A stretch of DNA of 64,000 nucleotides from Burkholderiaceae bacterium (GTDB lineage: Bacteria > Pseudomonadota > Gammaproteobacteria > Burkholderiales > Burkholderiaceae_C): NCBI GenBank assembly GCA_030695205.1, contig JAUYTN010000040.1, positions 18,426 through 82,425 on the forward strand, read 5' to 3'. Position 1 is the stretch's first letter. The number at the start of each line of letters is the position of its first letter. Positions 11,794-24,179 of the stretch are shown here, one piece after another. The notes under the pieces were generated by a model. The model had not been told where the DNA came from and made no database searches. It saw only the letters and a list, made by a program, of their open reading frames with translations. The position numbers were made by a program, and so were the translations under genes.

Positions 11794-13152
11794 TCAACGC
11801 ACGTCCCGTTCGCGGCTGCGCTCGGCGTCGCGGGTACGGCTGGTAGGTGCTGGCGCGGCGGCAGGCTGCTGGCTGGAGGTCGACGCCGCAGACGGCGACG
11901 AGCCGACGGGGGTACCTGTCATTTGCATGATCTTGTCCAGCGGCAGGTACAGCAGGTTGTTGCCCTGTTTGGAGTCCACCAACACCTTCGTGACGTTGCT
12001 GTACACCTCCTGCATGCTGTCCACGTACATGCGCTCGCGGGTCACCTGAGGGGCTTTTTGGTACTCCGTCAACACCGAGCGGAAGCGCTCGGAATCACCC
12101 TTGGCCTGAGACACGATGCGCGACTTGTAGCCCTCCGCTTCCTCCCTCAGTCGAGAGGCGGCACCCTCTGCACGGGGAATCACATCGTTAGCGTAGGCTT
12201 GGGCCTCGTTTTTGATGCGCTCACGCTCCTGGCCAGCCTTGAGCACGTCGTCAAACGCGGCCTGCACCTGCTCGGGCGGGCGCACACCGCCTTGCTGCAT
12301 GTTGACGGCCACCACCTCGATACCGACTTTGTAGCGATCGAGGATGTTTTGCATGAGGGAACGCACCCTGGGCGCGATCTGGTCACGTTCTTCCGCCAGA
12401 GCTGCGTCCATCTTCATTTTGCCAACGACCTCTCTGACCGCAGTCTCCGCAGCTTTGATGACGGCGGCATCCGGGTCCCGGCTCTCGAAGAGGTACTGCC
12501 GGGCATCGCTGAGGCGGTACTGAACGGCAAATTTGATCTCGACGATGTTTTCGTCTTCCGTCAGCATGGCGGACTCGCGCAGACCGGTGGCACGCACGAT
12601 GTTGTCTCGCCCCACGTCCACCGACCGGATTTGGGTCACAAACACCAGCTCATGCCGCTGAATGGGGTACGGCATGCGCCAATTGAAACCCGCACCCACG
12701 GTGGAGTGGTACTTGCCAAACTGGGTGATGACACCCTGCTGACCTTCTTGCACGATGAAGAACCCTGTGCTAGCCCAGAAAACCAGGGCAACTGCCCCGA
12801 CCAGGCCCAGCCCGATTCCGGCACTCTTGGGGTCGGGGTTGAAACCGCCACCGCCTGAATCGTTGGGCCGACGGCCTCCACCTTTGCCACCCAAGATGCC
12901 GCCGAGTTTGCGGTTGAAATCACGCCAGAGTTCGTCCAGGTCGGGCGGACCTTGCGGGTTGCTGGGGCGCTGCGGCCGCACGGGCTCCTGTGGCCCAGGT
13001 GGTGGGGCATTGGTTGGACGGCCGTCCTCGGGCGGTTCGACCTGGCCACCGCTGTCGCCGCCTCCCCTGCCCCAGCGGGGGTCGTTCAGGTTGAACATAC
13101 GCCACCAACGGCGACCGGGTACTCGGGCATTGGAAAAAACTGAGGAGTTCAT
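11794..13152 (-). CDS. hflK: FtsH protease activity modulator HflK
   Basis: LNDPRWGR N-terminal motif, Gly/Pro-rich linker, TM segment, SPFH domain. An alternative start at 13098 is possible. Confidence 0.92.
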   Translation of the reverse strand: MNSSVFSNARVPGRRWWRMFNLNDPRWGRGGGDSGGQVEPPEDGRPTNAPPPGPQEPVRPQRPSNPQGPPDLDELWRDFNRKLGGILGGKGGGRRPNDSGGGGFNPDPKSAGIGLGLVGAVALVFWASTGFFIVQEGQQGVITQFGKYHSTVGAGFNWRMPYPIQRHELVFVTQIRSVDVGRDNIVRATGLRESAMLTEDENIVEIKFAVQYRLSDARQYLFESRDPDAAVIKAAETAVREVVGKMKMDAALAEERDQIAPRVRSLMQNILDRYKVGIEVVAVNMQQGGVRPPEQVQAAFDDVLKAGQERERIKNEAQAYANDVIPRAEGAASRLREEAEGYKSRIVSQAKGDSERFRSVLTEYQKAPQVTRERMYVDSMQEVYSNVTKVLVDSKQGNNLLYLPLDKIMQMTGTPVGSSPSAASTSSQQPAAAPAPTSRTRDAERSRERDVR

Positions 13153-13208
13153 CGCGTCAGAAGCTGTAAATGGCTCGATAAAAAAAGAAAACTGAATCGG
13201 CGCTGGAC

Positions 13209-14405
13209 TCAGAGGGGCTGCGGATCATCCAATGCCTCCGACTCCAGGAACCGGGGATCGGTCTCGCTGGCTTCTGCCCGCCGGCCTTTGCCAGCGGTTT
13301 GAGCAAGGATAGAGCGCAACTCGGGCAATCCGGTTCCCGTGAGCGCACTGACATACACACGGGGAATTTCCCGGCCATCCAATTCCATGCTCCCCACGGG
13401 GTCCACAGGCACAGACTCAGGGGCCAGGGCATCCAATTTGTTGAACACCAGCAGCTGTGGGACATCGGCGGCGCCAATGTCGGCGAGCACCCGCTGCACC
13501 TCGGCAATTTGTTCGGGATAGGCGGGGTTGGAGGCATCGACGACGTGCATCAGCAAATCGGCGTCCACCGCCTCTTGCAAGGTGGCAGCAAAGGCATTCA
13601 CCAGACTGTGGGGCAGGTCCCGAATGAAACCCACGGTGTCAGACAGCGACACCATGCCCCCTGCGTCACCCAAGTACAGCTGTCGTGTGGTGGTGTCGAG
13701 GGTGGCAAACAGTTGGTCGGCGGCGTAGCTTCTGGCCTTGACCAAGGCATTGAACAGAGAGGACTTGCCAGCGTTGGTGTAGCCAACGAGGGACACCGAA
13801 AACGCGTTGCGCCGATCGCGCTGTTTGCGCTGGGTGGCACGCTGCTTTTTGACCTTTTCCAAGCGCTCGCGGATGCGCTTGACGGTATCGGCCAGCATGC
13901 GGCGGTCCAACTCTATTTGCGACTCACCCGGGCCGCCCCGATGTCCGACCCCACCACGCTGGCGCTCTAGGTGGGACCAACGGTGGACGAGCCGGGTGGA
14001 CAGGTACTGCAATCGTGCCAGTTCAACCTGAAGTTTGCCCTCGTGGCTGCGTGCGCGCTGGGCAAATATTTCGAGAATAAGCAGGGTTCGGTCGTTGACC
14101 GCGACCCCCAGAAAGCGCTCGAGGTTGCGCTGTTGCGCTGGGCTGAGAGCTTGATCAAAAAGCACCTCGGTCGCACCCGACGAGGCCACCAGCATTTTGA
14201 TTTCGTCGGCCTTGCCCGAACCCACGAACAGTGCGGGGTCGGGTGCCTTGCGCTTGCAAACCACCCGATCAGCCACCAGGAAACCCGCTGACTCTGCCAG
14301 CAGCCCCAGCTCTTCCAGTTCGCCATCGAAATGGGCATGTCCGAAATCAACACCTACCAGTACGACGGAGGGCTGAACGGGGGCTTGGGTAGGTTTGGGA
14401 TTCAA
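13209..14405 (-). CDS. hflX: GTPase HflX
   Basis: G1 GYTNAGKSSLFN, G3 DTVGFI, G4 NKLD. hfq-hflX-hflK-hflC order. Confidence 0.95.
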   Translation of the reverse strand: MNPKPTQAPVQPSVVLVGVDFGHAHFDGELEELGLLAESAGFLVADRVVCKRKAPDPALFVGSGKADEIKMLVASSGATEVLFDQALSPAQQRNLERFLGVAVNDRTLLILEIFAQRARSHEGKLQVELARLQYLSTRLVHRWSHLERQRGGVGHRGGPGESQIELDRRMLADTVKRIRERLEKVKKQRATQRKQRDRRNAFSVSLVGYTNAGKSSLFNALVKARSYAADQLFATLDTTTRQLYLGDAGGMVSLSDTVGFIRDLPHSLVNAFAATLQEAVDADLLMHVVDASNPAYPEQIAEVQRVLADIGAADVPQLLVFNKLDALAPESVPVDPVGSMELDGREIPRVYVSALTGTGLPELRSILAQTAGKGRRAEASETDPRFLESEALDDPQPL

Positions 14406-14462
14406 CGGTGGTGAAGCGTTCTGTCAGATGGGGATTGGGGCCGGATCGAAGAAGACGGCCGA

Positions 14463-14717
14463 TCAGTGGCCGCCGGCAGCATCGTCCGCTGACGCGGCAG
14501 AAAACTGTACCGGGCGACCGGGGACTATCGTGGAGATAGCGTGTTTGTAGACCATTTGGGTCACGGTGTTGCGCAGCAGCACCACATACTGGTCAAACGA
14601 TTCAATTTGCCCTTGGAGCTTGATGCCGTTGACCAGGTAAATGGACACCGGCACATGTTCGCGCCGGAGCTGGTTCAAAAATGGGTCTTGCAAGAGTTGG
14701 CCTTTGTTGTTGCTCAC
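14463..14717 (-). CDS. hfq: RNA chaperone Hfq
   Basis: Sm motifs [42 protein letters not shown] start at 14717 gives the canonical SNNKGQ N-terminus; the track ORF extends to 14762. Confidence 0.95.
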   Translation of the reverse strand: MSNNKGQLLQDPFLNQLRREHVPVSIYLVNGIKLQGQIESFDQYVVLLRNTVTQMVYKHAISTIVPGRPVQFSAASADDAAGGH

Positions 14718-14791
14718 GATATGTTCCGTGTTCAAAGAGTTGAGGAGCGAGGACCATACCACAGCCCCTGGCTGCGGCTGACCCGAGAGGG

Positions 14792-16129
14792 TTAATCCGA
14801 ATCCTTGAAAGGGTTCGTCGACGTTTTGAGCTCGATGCGCAAAGGTGTACCGACCAGATCGAAGGCCTTGCGAAAGCGTCCCTCCAAGAAGCGCTTGTAG
14901 GTATCGCTCATGTGCTCCAGCGAGTTGCCATGAATCACCACCACCGGGGGGTTCATGCCACCTTGATGGGCATAGCGTGGTTTGGGCCGGAAAATACCGG
15001 CGCGCTGGGGCTGTTGAAATTGCAAGGCTTCCAGCAGCAACCGGGTCAACACAGGGGTGGGCATTTTGCGGTTGGCAGCGGCGTGCGCCTGCCCGATGGA
15101 CTTCCAGACCGGCGCAAGCCCCTGGCGCTTTTTGGCGGAAATGAGGTGAATGGCGGCAAATTTCATGAAGGCCAGCCGCTGCTCCATGGAGCGTTCCACC
15201 AGCGTGCGCTGGTACTCATCCACCGCGTCCCATTTGTTGATGGCAATCACCACCGCCCGCCCGCTCTCCAGGATGTACCCGGCTATGTGTGCGTCCTGCT
15301 CGGTCACACCCTGTGTGGCATCGAGCAGCAAGAGCACCACATGGGCGTTTTCGATGGCCTGCAAGGTTTTGACGACCGAGAATTTTTCGATGGCCTCGAA
15401 CACCTTGCCTTTGCGGCGCAGGCCAGCGGTGTCGATGAGCTCGAATTTGCGTCCGTCGCGCTCGAATGGGACAGAGATTGCATCCCTGGTGGTACCGGGC
15501 ATGTCAAACGCCACCAGCCGCTCTTCGCCCAACCAGGCGTTGATGAGTGTGCTTTTGCCGACATTGGGGCGACCGGCGACCGCCAGCTTAATGACCTCGG
15601 GGTCTTCCTCCGGCGCATCGCCATCATCGGTGGGTGACAGCAAGGCCAGTGCCTCTTCCGTCAGTGAACGCACGCCCTGCCCGTGTGAGGCCGACACCGC
15701 CAACACCTCACCCAGCCCGAGTTCAAAAAACTCCGACAGCTTGACGCGGTCTTGCATGCCCTCTGCCTTGTTGGCGACGAGCAAACAGGGTTTGCCGAGG
15801 CGCCGCAGGTAGTTGGCAATCTCGTGGTCCTGGGCACTGACGCCCGCACGGGCATCCACCACGAAGAGCACCACGTCGGCCTCGGCCACCGCCTGGCGGG
15901 TTTGCTTAGCCATTTCTTTGTAAATGCTGCCATCGCCCGCATCGGGCTCGAAGCCGCCCGTGTCCACCACGATGAACTCTTTCGCCCCAAGGCGGCCATT
16001 GCCGTAGTGGCGGTCGCGGGTGAGGCCGGCGAAATCGGCCACGATGGCATCGCGCGAGCGGGTCAGCCGGTTAAAGAGCGTTGATTTGCCCACATTGGGG
16101 CGGCCAATCAGGGCCAGAACAGGTTTCAA
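14792..16129 (-). CDS. der: ribosome biogenesis GTPase Der (EngA)
   Basis: Two tandem GTPase domains ([12 protein letters not shown] and [12 protein letters not shown]) plus a KH-like C-terminus. Confidence 0.97.
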   Translation of the reverse strand: MKPVLALIGRPNVGKSTLFNRLTRSRDAIVADFAGLTRDRHYGNGRLGAKEFIVVDTGGFEPDAGDGSIYKEMAKQTRQAVAEADVVLFVVDARAGVSAQDHEIANYLRRLGKPCLLVANKAEGMQDRVKLSEFFELGLGEVLAVSASHGQGVRSLTEEALALLSPTDDGDAPEEDPEVIKLAVAGRPNVGKSTLINAWLGEERLVAFDMPGTTRDAISVPFERDGRKFELIDTAGLRRKGKVFEAIEKFSVVKTLQAIENAHVVLLLLDATQGVTEQDAHIAGYILESGRAVVIAINKWDAVDEYQRTLVERSMEQRLAFMKFAAIHLISAKKRQGLAPVWKSIGQAHAAANRKMPTPVLTRLLLEALQFQQPQRAGIFRPKPRYAHQGGMNPPVVVIHGNSLEHMSDTYKRFLEGRFRKAFDLVGTPLRIELKTSTNPFKDSD

Positions 16130-16179
16130 AGGAGCTTATGCCGAGGTAAATGAACAAACAAACAAAGGGAGCAGCCGCT

Positions 16180-17316
16180 TCACTGGGGCCGCCAGGCAAA
16201 CAGCTTGCCGCCCTGTGTCAACACCAGCAGTGTGTCGCCCGCCAGAACCGGGGCACTGGCGATGGGAGTGCCGTCGGTGGTCAAGCGAGCCATGGGAAGA
16301 CCGGTGTCGCGGGACAACAGGTGGACCAGACCAAACCCATCGGGTACGGCCACGCTGCGGCCCAGCAACAATGGTGCTGCCAGCCCACGGTGCGACAGTC
16401 CATCGTAGGTCCAGAGCTTGTCACCGTTGGCGCGGTTCCACGCTTGGACCTGCCCGTTGGCTTCTGTGCCAAACAGGCTGGTGTCGTCGCCACTGAGCCC
16501 TTGGCGTCCGTCGGCAGGCCGCGTCCATTTCAGGCGTCCTCGGCTGGCATCCACACAACCCACTGCTGCCTGGAAGGCACGCACACACACCTCGTCGCTT
16601 TGGCGGCTGGCCGGTCCGGTCAGATCCACCAGGCGCTCGACATCGTTGGAACCACGGGGCAAGGCGATGGGCACGTCCCAGCGCACGCTGCCGTTGTTGG
16701 GGTTGAAACCCACCAGCCGACCGCCCATACCAACCACCAGGGTGTCGGCCACGGCCAGCATGACGCCGGATTTGCGCAGCACCAGTGGTTCACCGGGGCG
16801 GTTCTGGCTCCAGAGCCTTGCCCCGGAGTTGCCATCGAAAGCGGTGACGGTGCGGTCTGCACCGAGCACGAACACCCTCTGCCCTGCCACCAGAGGTGCG
16901 GTATAGACCGCAGCGGCCAGACGCTGGCGCCAAACCTCTTTGCCGTCAACAACAGACACCACATCGTTGCGTTCAGTGACCACCGCCGCCATGAACCCGT
17001 CGGACCCTACCCCGGCGGTGATCTGGTTGCCCAGCGTGAGTCGCCACACATCGGCACCCGAGGCCACATCGATCATGGCCACCGTGCCATTGGATGAAGC
17101 AGCCAGCACCCGGGAACCAACAACCGCCAGGTGGGCATCTAGCAGGGCCGGCCCAACCGGATTGACCCAGGCCTGCCGCACCGAAATGGTGGGCAGCAAC
17201 GGCGCCAACTCGGCTGGCTTTGGTGCATTGCCCGGCGAGGCGCAACCAGTCAAAGCAGCTACAACTACTATAGCTGATAATGCATACCCATACAGCGTAA
17301 AACGGCTATTTTTCAT
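16180..17316 (-). CDS. bamB: outer membrane protein assembly factor BamB
   Basis: Lipobox LTGCAS and PQQ-like beta-propeller repeats. Lies between der and the yfgM-like gene. Confidence 0.9.
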   Translation of the reverse strand: MKNSRFTLYGYALSAIVVVAALTGCASPGNAPKPAELAPLLPTISVRQAWVNPVGPALLDAHLAVVGSRVLAASSNGTVAMIDVASGADVWRLTLGNQITAGVGSDGFMAAVVTERNDVVSVVDGKEVWRQRLAAAVYTAPLVAGQRVFVLGADRTVTAFDGNSGARLWSQNRPGEPLVLRKSGVMLAVADTLVVGMGGRLVGFNPNNGSVRWDVPIALPRGSNDVERLVDLTGPASRQSDEVCVRAFQAAVGCVDASRGRLKWTRPADGRQGLSGDDTSLFGTEANGQVQAWNRANGDKLWTYDGLSHRGLAAPLLLGRSVAVPDGFGLVHLLSRDTGLPMARLTTDGTPIASAPVLAGDTLLVLTQGGKLFAWRPQ

Positions 17317-17325
17317 AAAAATGTC

Positions 17326-17991
17326 TCACAATGCCGATCTCTCGGCGGCGGGTGGCTGCGCACCCAATGCGTTCAGCTTGACCTCGACAAGCCGACGGTA
17401 GTCGGTTTCGGCACCCAGCAGGGTGTGCGCCTTGAGGTAGGCCTGCTTGGCCTCCGCGATGCGACCGGCCATGCGGTGCATGTCGCCCAGGCGGTCTGCC
17501 GCCAAACCCTCAAAGGCCGGATCAAAAGGACCAGCAAGCCATTTGGCAGCCTCGTCTGGCGCGCCGGCATCCATTGCCAGCCCCGCCAGCCTGAGGCGGG
17601 CAATGGCTTGCAGGCCCTTGTCGGTGTCTTTGCCCGCAGCCCACTCCAGGGCGGCTTTGGCCTTGGCCTGGTCGCCGGACTCCCACAGCCCTTGTGCGGC
17701 CAGCAACGCACCCTGGTGGGCGATGGCTGTCCTGCCGTACTGGTTTTGCAGATCGGTCAGTGCCCTTTCGGTGCGAGACGCATCTTTGGCGGCCACCGAA
17801 CGTTCCACCTCGTCAAAGAGCACCGAAGCGGACTGGGCCTGCTGGTGCTGCCAGTAGTTCCAGCCGTTCCAGGCGGCGATGGCGGCGAACACCACGGTGA
17901 GCCCCCAGGTGATAAGGTTGCCGTAGCGCTTCCAGAAGTGCTTGATCTGGTCAAGCTGTTCTTGTTCTTCGAGGTCTAGACTTTTTGCCAT
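17326..17991 (-). CDS. YfgM-family TPR-like membrane protein
   Basis: N-terminal acidic region, single TM segment (ITWGLTVVFAAIAAW), TPR-like C-domain. Conserved hisS-yfgM-bamB-der order. Confidence 0.75.
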   Translation of the reverse strand: MAKSLDLEEQEQLDQIKHFWKRYGNLITWGLTVVFAAIAAWNGWNYWQHQQAQSASVLFDEVERSVAAKDASRTERALTDLQNQYGRTAIAHQGALLAAQGLWESGDQAKAKAALEWAAGKDTDKGLQAIARLRLAGLAMDAGAPDEAAKWLAGPFDPAFEGLAADRLGDMHRMAGRIAEAKQAYLKAHTLLGAETDYRRLVEVKLNALGAQPPAAERSAL

Positions 17992-18047
17992 GGGTACAGG
18001 GATTGGGTGTGCGGGGGGATTCTAGGGGGGTCAATGGCCAAGGCACT

Positions 18048-19355
18048 TCAAGCACCGGGTGGCGCGCACAGTTCGCGTCCCCAGGTGGCGACATCGGACA
18101 AGGACACCAGCCGCTGGGGAGGCGCCGACTCTCCCTCGGGGGCACGCAGCGGCTTGAGGGCCACCATGCCCTGGGCCAACTCGTCCTGCCCAAACACCAG
18201 CGCATACCGGGCGCCGCTGGCATCGGCTTTTTTGAACTGCGATTTCATGCTGCCCTGGCCGTCGCGACCACCGGCATGCATCTGAACCGCCACACCCTGC
18301 TGCCTGAGGGACCGGAGCAGGCCCGCCACCAGCGGCGCATCCGCCGCCTGGGGCACGATGGCAAACACATCGACCGGGGCAATCGCTGGCAGTTGGTTGG
18401 CCACCTTGAGCAGCTCCAGGATGCGTTCCATGCCCAATGCCCAACCCACCGCAGGGGCAGGTTTGCCGCCGATTTGCGCCATCAGGCCATCGTAGCGGCC
18501 ACCGGCGCACACCGTACCCTGCGAACCCAACTGGTCTGTGACCAGCTCGAACACCGACAGGTTGTAGTAGTCCATGCCACGCACCAGCCGGGGGTTGATG
18601 GTGTAGGCCACGCCATTCGCATCCAAAATGGCCCTGAGCCCATTGAAGTGCGCCAGCGACTCGGGGCCCAGATACTCCATGAGCTTGGGCGCCGCCTCGA
18701 CCACCGGCTGCATGGCCGGGTTCTTGGTGTCCAGAATACGCAGTGGGTTGCTGTGCAAACGCCGCCTGCCATCTTCGTCGAGCTGTTCAGCGTGTCGCTC
18801 CAGGTGGGCAATGAGAGCCTCGCGGTGCTGCAATCGCTCCTGGGGTTGCCCAAGGCTGTTGATCTCCAGCCGGATGCCCTGCAGACCCAGACGCTCGAAC
18901 AGGTCCAGCACCATGAAAATCAGCTCGGCATCGACATCGGGACCAGCAAACCCCAGAGCCTCGGCCCCAAACTGGTGGAACTGCCGGTAGCGGCCCCGCT
19001 GGGGCTTTTCGTGGCGAAACATGGGACCCATGTAGTACAGACGCTTGCCACCTTCGTACAACAGGGAATGCTCCACAGCGGCCCTGACTACGCCAGCGGT
19101 GTTTTCGGGCCGCAATGTCAGCGCTTCGCCGTTGAGCCTGTCCTCAAAGGAGTACATCTCCTTTTCCACAATGTCGGTCACCTCGCCCAGTCCGCGAACG
19201 AACAGGGCGGTGGGTTCGACAATGGGCGTGCGCACATTGTGGTAGCCGTAGCGGGCCATGAGGTCGCGCAACAAAGCCTCCAGCCACTCCCATTGCGCAG
19301 ATTCGCCGGGGAGTATGTCGTTCATGCCTTTGACGGCGCTCAGTTTGTCTGCCAT
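18048..19355 (-). CDS. hisS: histidine--tRNA ligase
   Basis: GMNDILP, class II motif 2 RYRQFHQFG, anticodon-binding C-domain. Confidence 0.97.
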   Translation of the reverse strand: MADKLSAVKGMNDILPGESAQWEWLEALLRDLMARYGYHNVRTPIVEPTALFVRGLGEVTDIVEKEMYSFEDRLNGEALTLRPENTAGVVRAAVEHSLLYEGGKRLYYMGPMFRHEKPQRGRYRQFHQFGAEALGFAGPDVDAELIFMVLDLFERLGLQGIRLEINSLGQPQERLQHREALIAHLERHAEQLDEDGRRRLHSNPLRILDTKNPAMQPVVEAAPKLMEYLGPESLAHFNGLRAILDANGVAYTINPRLVRGMDYYNLSVFELVTDQLGSQGTVCAGGRYDGLMAQIGGKPAPAVGWALGMERILELLKVANQLPAIAPVDVFAIVPQAADAPLVAGLLRSLRQQGVAVQMHAGGRDGQGSMKSQFKKADASGARYALVFGQDELAQGMVALKPLRAPEGESAPPQRLVSLSDVATWGRELCAPPGA

Positions 19356-19382
19356 GGATTCAAAATATTCTGACCGTACGCC

Positions 19383-20684
19383 TCAGGGCGCACGACCATA
19401 CCGTTGTTGGATGTAGTTGCCCACCAGTGCCTGGAAATCGCGCGCGATGTGCTCCCCCCGCAAGATGACCGAGCGCTCACCGTCGATGTACACCGGCGCC
19501 GCAGGCGCTTCGCCGGTGCCCGGCAAGCTGATGCCAATGTCGGCATGCTTGCTTTCACCCGGCCCGTTCACGATGCAACCCATGACCGCCACCTTGAGCG
19601 ACTCTACCCCAGGGTACTGCGCGCGCCATTCGGGCATGGAGCGGCGCAGGAAGTCGTCGATTTGTTTGGCCAGCTCCTGGAACGTGGTGCTGGTGGTGCG
19701 CCCGCAGCCGGGGCACGCCGTGACGCTGGGCACAAAGGCACGCAGACCCAAGGCCTGCAGAATTTCCGCAGCCACCACCACCTCTTGGGTGCGGGCTTCT
19801 CCGGGCTCGGGCGTCAATGACACCCGGATGGTGTCGCCTATGCCCTGCTGCAGCAGCACCGACAGCGCAGCCGTCGATGCCACCGTGCCTTTGGTGCCCA
19901 TTCCCGCCTCGGTCAGGCCCAGGTGAAGGGCGTACCGGCTGCGCTGAGCCAGGCTTTGGTACACCGCGATCAAGTCCTGCACACCACTGACCTTGCACGA
20001 CAGAATGATTCGGTCGGCCCCCAGGCCGGCTGCCTCTGCCTGTTCCGCAGACTCCAGCGCCGATGTGATCAGTGCCTCGTACATCACCTGCCGCGCATCC
20101 CACGGCTGCGCCCGGGCGTGGTTGTCATCCATCATCCGGGCCAGCAGGTCCTGGTCCAGGCTGCCCCAGTTCACACCGATGCGCACCACCTTGTCATAGC
20201 GGACAGCGGTTTCGATCATCTGCACAAACTGTCGATCCCGCTTGTCGCCACGCCCGACATTGCCGGGGTTGATGCGGTATTTGGAGAGTGCCTGGGCGCA
20301 CGCCGGGTGGTCGGCCAGCAGACGGTGCCCGTTGTAGTGGAAGTCGCCCACCAGGGGGACGTCGATGCCCATGCGGTCCAGCTGGTCGCGCACATGGGGG
20401 ACCGCACGGGCGGCTTCATCGTTGTTGACGGTGATGCGCACCATTTCGGAACCCGCCAGCGCCAGCTCCTTGACCTGTATGGCGGTGCCAATGGCATCAG
20501 CGGTGTCCGTGTTGGTCATGGACTGGATGCGCACAGGCGCACCCCCACCCACCTGAACCACCCTGCTGCCCCAGACCACCCGGACAGCATGGGTGTCGGA
20601 CTGCAAAGGCTTGGGTAAAGGCACGGGGATGCACGTCGTTTTGGCGGAGCGCAACACGGAGTCGGCCACAGACAAGGTGTTCAT
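19383..20684 (-). CDS. ispG: 4-hydroxy-3-methylbut-2-enyl diphosphate synthase
   Basis: Full-length IspG with the C-terminal 4Fe-4S motif [10 protein letters not shown]. Confidence 0.97.
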   Translation of the reverse strand: MNTLSVADSVLRSAKTTCIPVPLPKPLQSDTHAVRVVWGSRVVQVGGGAPVRIQSMTNTDTADAIGTAIQVKELALAGSEMVRITVNNDEAARAVPHVRDQLDRMGIDVPLVGDFHYNGHRLLADHPACAQALSKYRINPGNVGRGDKRDRQFVQMIETAVRYDKVVRIGVNWGSLDQDLLARMMDDNHARAQPWDARQVMYEALITSALESAEQAEAAGLGADRIILSCKVSGVQDLIAVYQSLAQRSRYALHLGLTEAGMGTKGTVASTAALSVLLQQGIGDTIRVSLTPEPGEARTQEVVVAAEILQALGLRAFVPSVTACPGCGRTTSTTFQELAKQIDDFLRRSMPEWRAQYPGVESLKVAVMGCIVNGPGESKHADIGISLPGTGEAPAAPVYIDGERSVILRGEHIARDFQALVGNYIQQRYGRAP

Positions 20685-21664
20685 TGGACCTCCAGACGCA
20701 CCACGTTGTTTTTGGTCAGCGAGAGCAAGTCCATGGCCTTGCCACGAACGATCAGATCGGTGGCGGCGGCATTGCCGACCACCACCGTGTAGGTGCTGCC
20801 CTCCTCGAAGGACAGCCGCTCACCGGCCTTGACCAGTCGCTGGATGCGCAGTCGGCCGGTGCTGTCCCGAACCTCCAACCAGGTGTCACCCCTGGCCTGA
20901 ACCGCCATCAGTTCTTTGCCAGTGGCAGGGGTGTCTGCCGCTGGTAGGTTGGACAGACCAGCGGCTGCTGGTGCCGCACCAACAGCAAACACCTGGCCAC
21001 CTGCTGCGGGCGGCCCCGCACCGGGTGAACTGCCCGCCACCACGGCAGACAATGGTGTGCTTTCGGAGACGGATGAAGTCTCAGCGCTCTGCGCGGGCGA
21101 GGAGACTGGTTCGCCCCCCTGCTGTGGCCGGTCTGCGGGCAGCTCGGCGGGCGAATAGGCCGCCACAGGGGCTGTGGGCGGAGGGCCGTCGGTCTGGCTG
21201 GGCAACCATTGAGGGGCAAAATACAGCAGCACAGCGGCCAGCAACACCAGGCCCACCACCCAGCGCAATGCGCCCGACAGTGCACCCGAGCCACCCCCAT
21301 GGGCAGGCGTCGCTCTGCCCAAACCACCAGAAATCACCAGGGGGACCGCCTTACTGGCAGGCAGCGCCGCCAGGACCATCGCGGGATCAAGCTTCAGGTG
21401 CCGGGCCACGCTGGATGCCAATGCACGGCTGAAGGTGGCATCGGTCAGATCCTCCCACCGGTTGTTTTCCAGGGATTCAAGTTTTTTGACTGGCACCTTG
21501 AGAGCCGCTGCCAAGGACTCGATGTGCAGGCCAGCGTCTTCGCGCGCACGGCGCAGCATCTCACCGGCGGTGTGGGTGTTGGCCGCGCTTGCGCTGGTGG
21601 GCTGCGCACCGGCTGGCAACGCGGCGTCGCCAGCTGGTGCAGTGTCGCGCTGGGAATCATTCAT
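20681..21664 (-). CDS. rodZ: RodZ-like cytoskeleton protein (HTH plus TM)
   Basis: XRE-type [36 protein letters not shown], a TM segment and a C-terminal DUF4115-like region. ATG at 21664; its stop overlaps the ispG start. Confidence 0.8.
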   Translation of the reverse strand: MNDSQRDTAPAGDAALPAGAQPTSASAANTHTAGEMLRRAREDAGLHIESLAAALKVPVKKLESLENNRWEDLTDATFSRALASSVARHLKLDPAMVLAALPASKAVPLVISGGLGRATPAHGGGSGALSGALRWVVGLVLLAAVLLYFAPQWLPSQTDGPPPTAPVAAYSPAELPADRPQQGGEPVSSPAQSAETSSVSESTPLSAVVAGSSPGAGPPAAGGQVFAVGAAPAAAGLSNLPAADTPATGKELMAVQARGDTWLEVRDSTGRLRIQRLVKAGERLSFEEGSTYTVVVGNAAATDLIVRGKAMDLLSLTKNNVVRLEVQ

Positions 21665-22466
21665 CAAATGCACCTCGCTCGTACCAAGCCGATTCTTTGG
21701 ATTGGGCAAAACGGCGTTTCAGTTGCTCGCCAAGTTGACGCTCTGCCGTGTGGTTGGAAAGGCGCCGCTCAGTTTTGACGCCCAGCCAAAGGGTCTCGGC
21801 ATTGGCCAACTCACTGTTGTTGATGCGGCGCAGGTGGAACTGGGCCTTTGGATAGTCGCCCCGTTTGTACAACAGCTGCGCAAGGTTGTAGCCGGTGATC
21901 GGGTTGCCCGGCTCCAGCTCAAAGGCCCGGGTGAAAGCGGCCTCTGCCTCTGCCGACTCGCCCGCACGCACCTGGCAGACACCTTGAGTCATCCAGGTCT
22001 TGGCCCGCTCTGTGTAGATGGGGCTGTTGAGTGCGCGCCCAAACAGGGTGCTCGCTTCCTTGTAGTCTGCCTGGAGGCACCGGACCCAACCGAGGTTGTG
22101 GGCCACGTTGGCGTCCAGGGGGCTCAGTTGCAAGGCCCGCCGGAAGCTCTCTTCGGCAAGCTTGGACTCGCCCATGCGCAAATACGTCAGACCTCGCAGG
22201 TTGTAGGCAGGAGAATAGTTGGGGTCGGCCACCAGCGCCTGTTTGATTTCGTCCAGCGCGACCGTGGTCTTTCCCTGTTCGAAATAGCCTGTTGCCAACT
22301 CCACCCGAAGCCGGGCACGGCGCCTGGCATCGGGCTCGTCAGAGGTGGTGGTGAGGTCCAGCCCCGAGGCTGTGGTCGCATTGCCCCCGCCGCCAGATGC
22401 GCAGCCAGCCAGACTCAAGCCCAGCAGCAAGGCCAATGCTCCCAGCAGCACGAATGGACGGATCAT
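21657..22466 (-). CDS. pilW: type IV pilus biogenesis/stability lipoprotein PilW-like (TPR)
   Basis: Lipobox LSLAGCAS and TPR repeats. The ATG at 22466 overlaps the rlmN stop (ATGA). Confidence 0.75.
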   Translation of the reverse strand: MIRPFVLLGALALLLGLSLAGCASGGGGNATTASGLDLTTTSDEPDARRRARLRVELATGYFEQGKTTVALDEIKQALVADPNYSPAYNLRGLTYLRMGESKLAEESFRRALQLSPLDANVAHNLGWVRCLQADYKEASTLFGRALNSPIYTERAKTWMTQGVCQVRAGESAEAEAAFTRAFELEPGNPITGYNLAQLLYKRGDYPKAQFHLRRINNSELANAETLWLGVKTERRLSNHTAERQLGEQLKRRFAQSKESAWYERGAFDE

Positions 22467-23617
22467 GTGCGGACCTCTCTTGGTGGCACCCATTGCACCA
22501 CATGGCTCGTGGCCTGCGCTCGCAGCGCTTGCATGCGGGTTGAGGCGCCTGTGCGGTCGCGCACATCACCCGCGAGCTGACCGCAGGCCGCATCGATGTC
22601 GTCACCTCGGGTTTTGCGCACCGTGGTGACGAGGCCAGCGGCCAGCAGGCGCTGCGCAAACGCGGCCACGGCCTCCTTGTCAGAGCACATCAGGCCAGAA
22701 TCCGGGAATGGGTTGAAAGGGATGAGGTTGAGCTTGCACGACAAACCCTGCCCACCGTGGGAACGAAGCAGTGCGATGAGCTGATCGGCGTGGTGGGGTT
22801 GGTCGTTCACGCCCGCCAGCATGCAGTACTCCAGCGTCACAAAATCGCGGGGGGCATGGGGAAGGTAGCGTGCGCAAGCGTCCAGCAGCTCCTGCAGTGG
22901 GTATTTGCGGTTCAGCGGCACCAAGTGGTCTCTGAGGTCATCGTTGGGGGCATGCAGAGACACCGCCAGCGCCACCGGGCAGTCGCTGGCCAGGCGGTCC
23001 ATCATAGAGACCACACCCGAAGTGGACACGGTCACGCGGCGGCGCGACAGGCCATAACCGTGGTCATCGAGCATCACTTTCAGTGCAGGAACGAGCGCGG
23101 AGTAGTTTTGCAAGGGCTCGCCCATGCCCATCATGACCACGTTGGAGATCACGCGGTCGGTGGTTTGAAACTTGGCCCGCAGGAAATGTTCGGCAAACCA
23201 CAACTGGGCGACGATCTCGGCGGTGGTGAGGTTGCGGCTGAAACCCTGGTGCCCAGTCGAGCAGAACCTGCACCCGACGGCGCAGCCTGCCTGGGAGGAA
23301 ATGCACAAGGTTCCACGGTCGTGTTCTGGTATGAAAACCGTTTCCACTGCATCGCCATTGCCCACATCGAACAGCCACTTGACCGTACCGTCAATGGAAT
23401 CCTGTCGGGACAACACCGGCAGGGCCGCCACATGTGCCACGGTACCCAGCTTGTCACGCAGGGATTTGGCCAGATCGCTCATCTCGTGGAAATGGGCCTG
23501 GCCGCGCTGGTGAATCCAGCGAAACAGCTGAACGGCACGGAAACGCTTTTCTCCGAGCCGCTCGCAAAATACGGCCAGCCCTTCGAGATCGAAGTCTAGG
23601 AGGTTGGCCGTGTGCAT
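22463..23617 (-). CDS. rlmN: 23S rRNA (adenine2503-C2)-methyltransferase, radical SAM
   Basis: [11 protein letters not shown] radical-SAM cluster motif, full length. Confidence 0.95.
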   Translation of the reverse strand: MHTANLLDFDLEGLAVFCERLGEKRFRAVQLFRWIHQRGQAHFHEMSDLAKSLRDKLGTVAHVAALPVLSRQDSIDGTVKWLFDVGNGDAVETVFIPEHDRGTLCISSQAGCAVGCRFCSTGHQGFSRNLTTAEIVAQLWFAEHFLRAKFQTTDRVISNVVMMGMGEPLQNYSALVPALKVMLDDHGYGLSRRRVTVSTSGVVSMMDRLASDCPVALAVSLHAPNDDLRDHLVPLNRKYPLQELLDACARYLPHAPRDFVTLEYCMLAGVNDQPHHADQLIALLRSHGGQGLSCKLNLIPFNPFPDSGLMCSDKEAVAAFAQRLLAAGLVTTVRKTRGDDIDAACGQLAGDVRDRTGASTRMQALRAQATSHVVQWVPPREVRT

Positions 23618-23618
23618 G

Positions 23619-24044
23619 TCAGCGCGAGTAAACGTTCATGCCTGCAAAGAAGAAGGCAATCTCTACCTGGGCGGTTTCAGCGGCATCCGAGCCATGGACG
23701 GCATTCGCGTCGATGCTGTCGGCAAAATCTGCACGGATGGTGCCAGCATCGGCTTTCTTCGGGTCGGTGGCCCCCATCAGCTCACGGTTCTTGGCGATGG
23801 CGTTTTCACCTTCCAAAACCTGGATCATGACGGGGCCAGACACCATGAAATCCACCAGGTCCTTGAAAAACGGACGCGCCTTGTGCACACCGTAAAAAGC
23901 TTCGGCCTCGGTGCGCGACAAATGGGCCATGCGGGCGGCGATGACCTTGAGACCGGCCGACTCGAAGCGGGCGTAGATCTGGCCAATGACGTTTTTGGCA
24001 ACGGCGTCGGGTTTGATGATGGAAAGGGTGCGTTCGATGGCCAT
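23619..24044 (-). CDS. ndk: nucleoside-diphosphate kinase
   Basis: [16 protein letters not shown]-terminus (ATG at 24044, 141 aa). NAVHGSD active-site His. Confidence 0.97.
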   Translation of the reverse strand: MAIERTLSIIKPDAVAKNVIGQIYARFESAGLKVIAARMAHLSRTEAEAFYGVHKARPFFKDLVDFMVSGPVMIQVLEGENAIAKNRELMGATDPKKADAGTIRADFADSIDANAVHGSDAAETAQVEIAFFFAGMNVYSR

Positions 24045-24179
24045 GTGGAGTTCCTGATGTGAAAACAATGAAAAACGGGTCAAGCCCATGATTTTAACCG
24101 GGCCGAACCGGGACCGAATCCACAACTGGACCCAAGTGGCCAGCGAGGAAGTCGCCCGACACGGCAGGCCTTGGGGCGC

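Noticed and set aside
17985-19373. 462 aa plus-strand ORF
   Set aside because: It is an antisense shadow of hisS with no recognisable domain.
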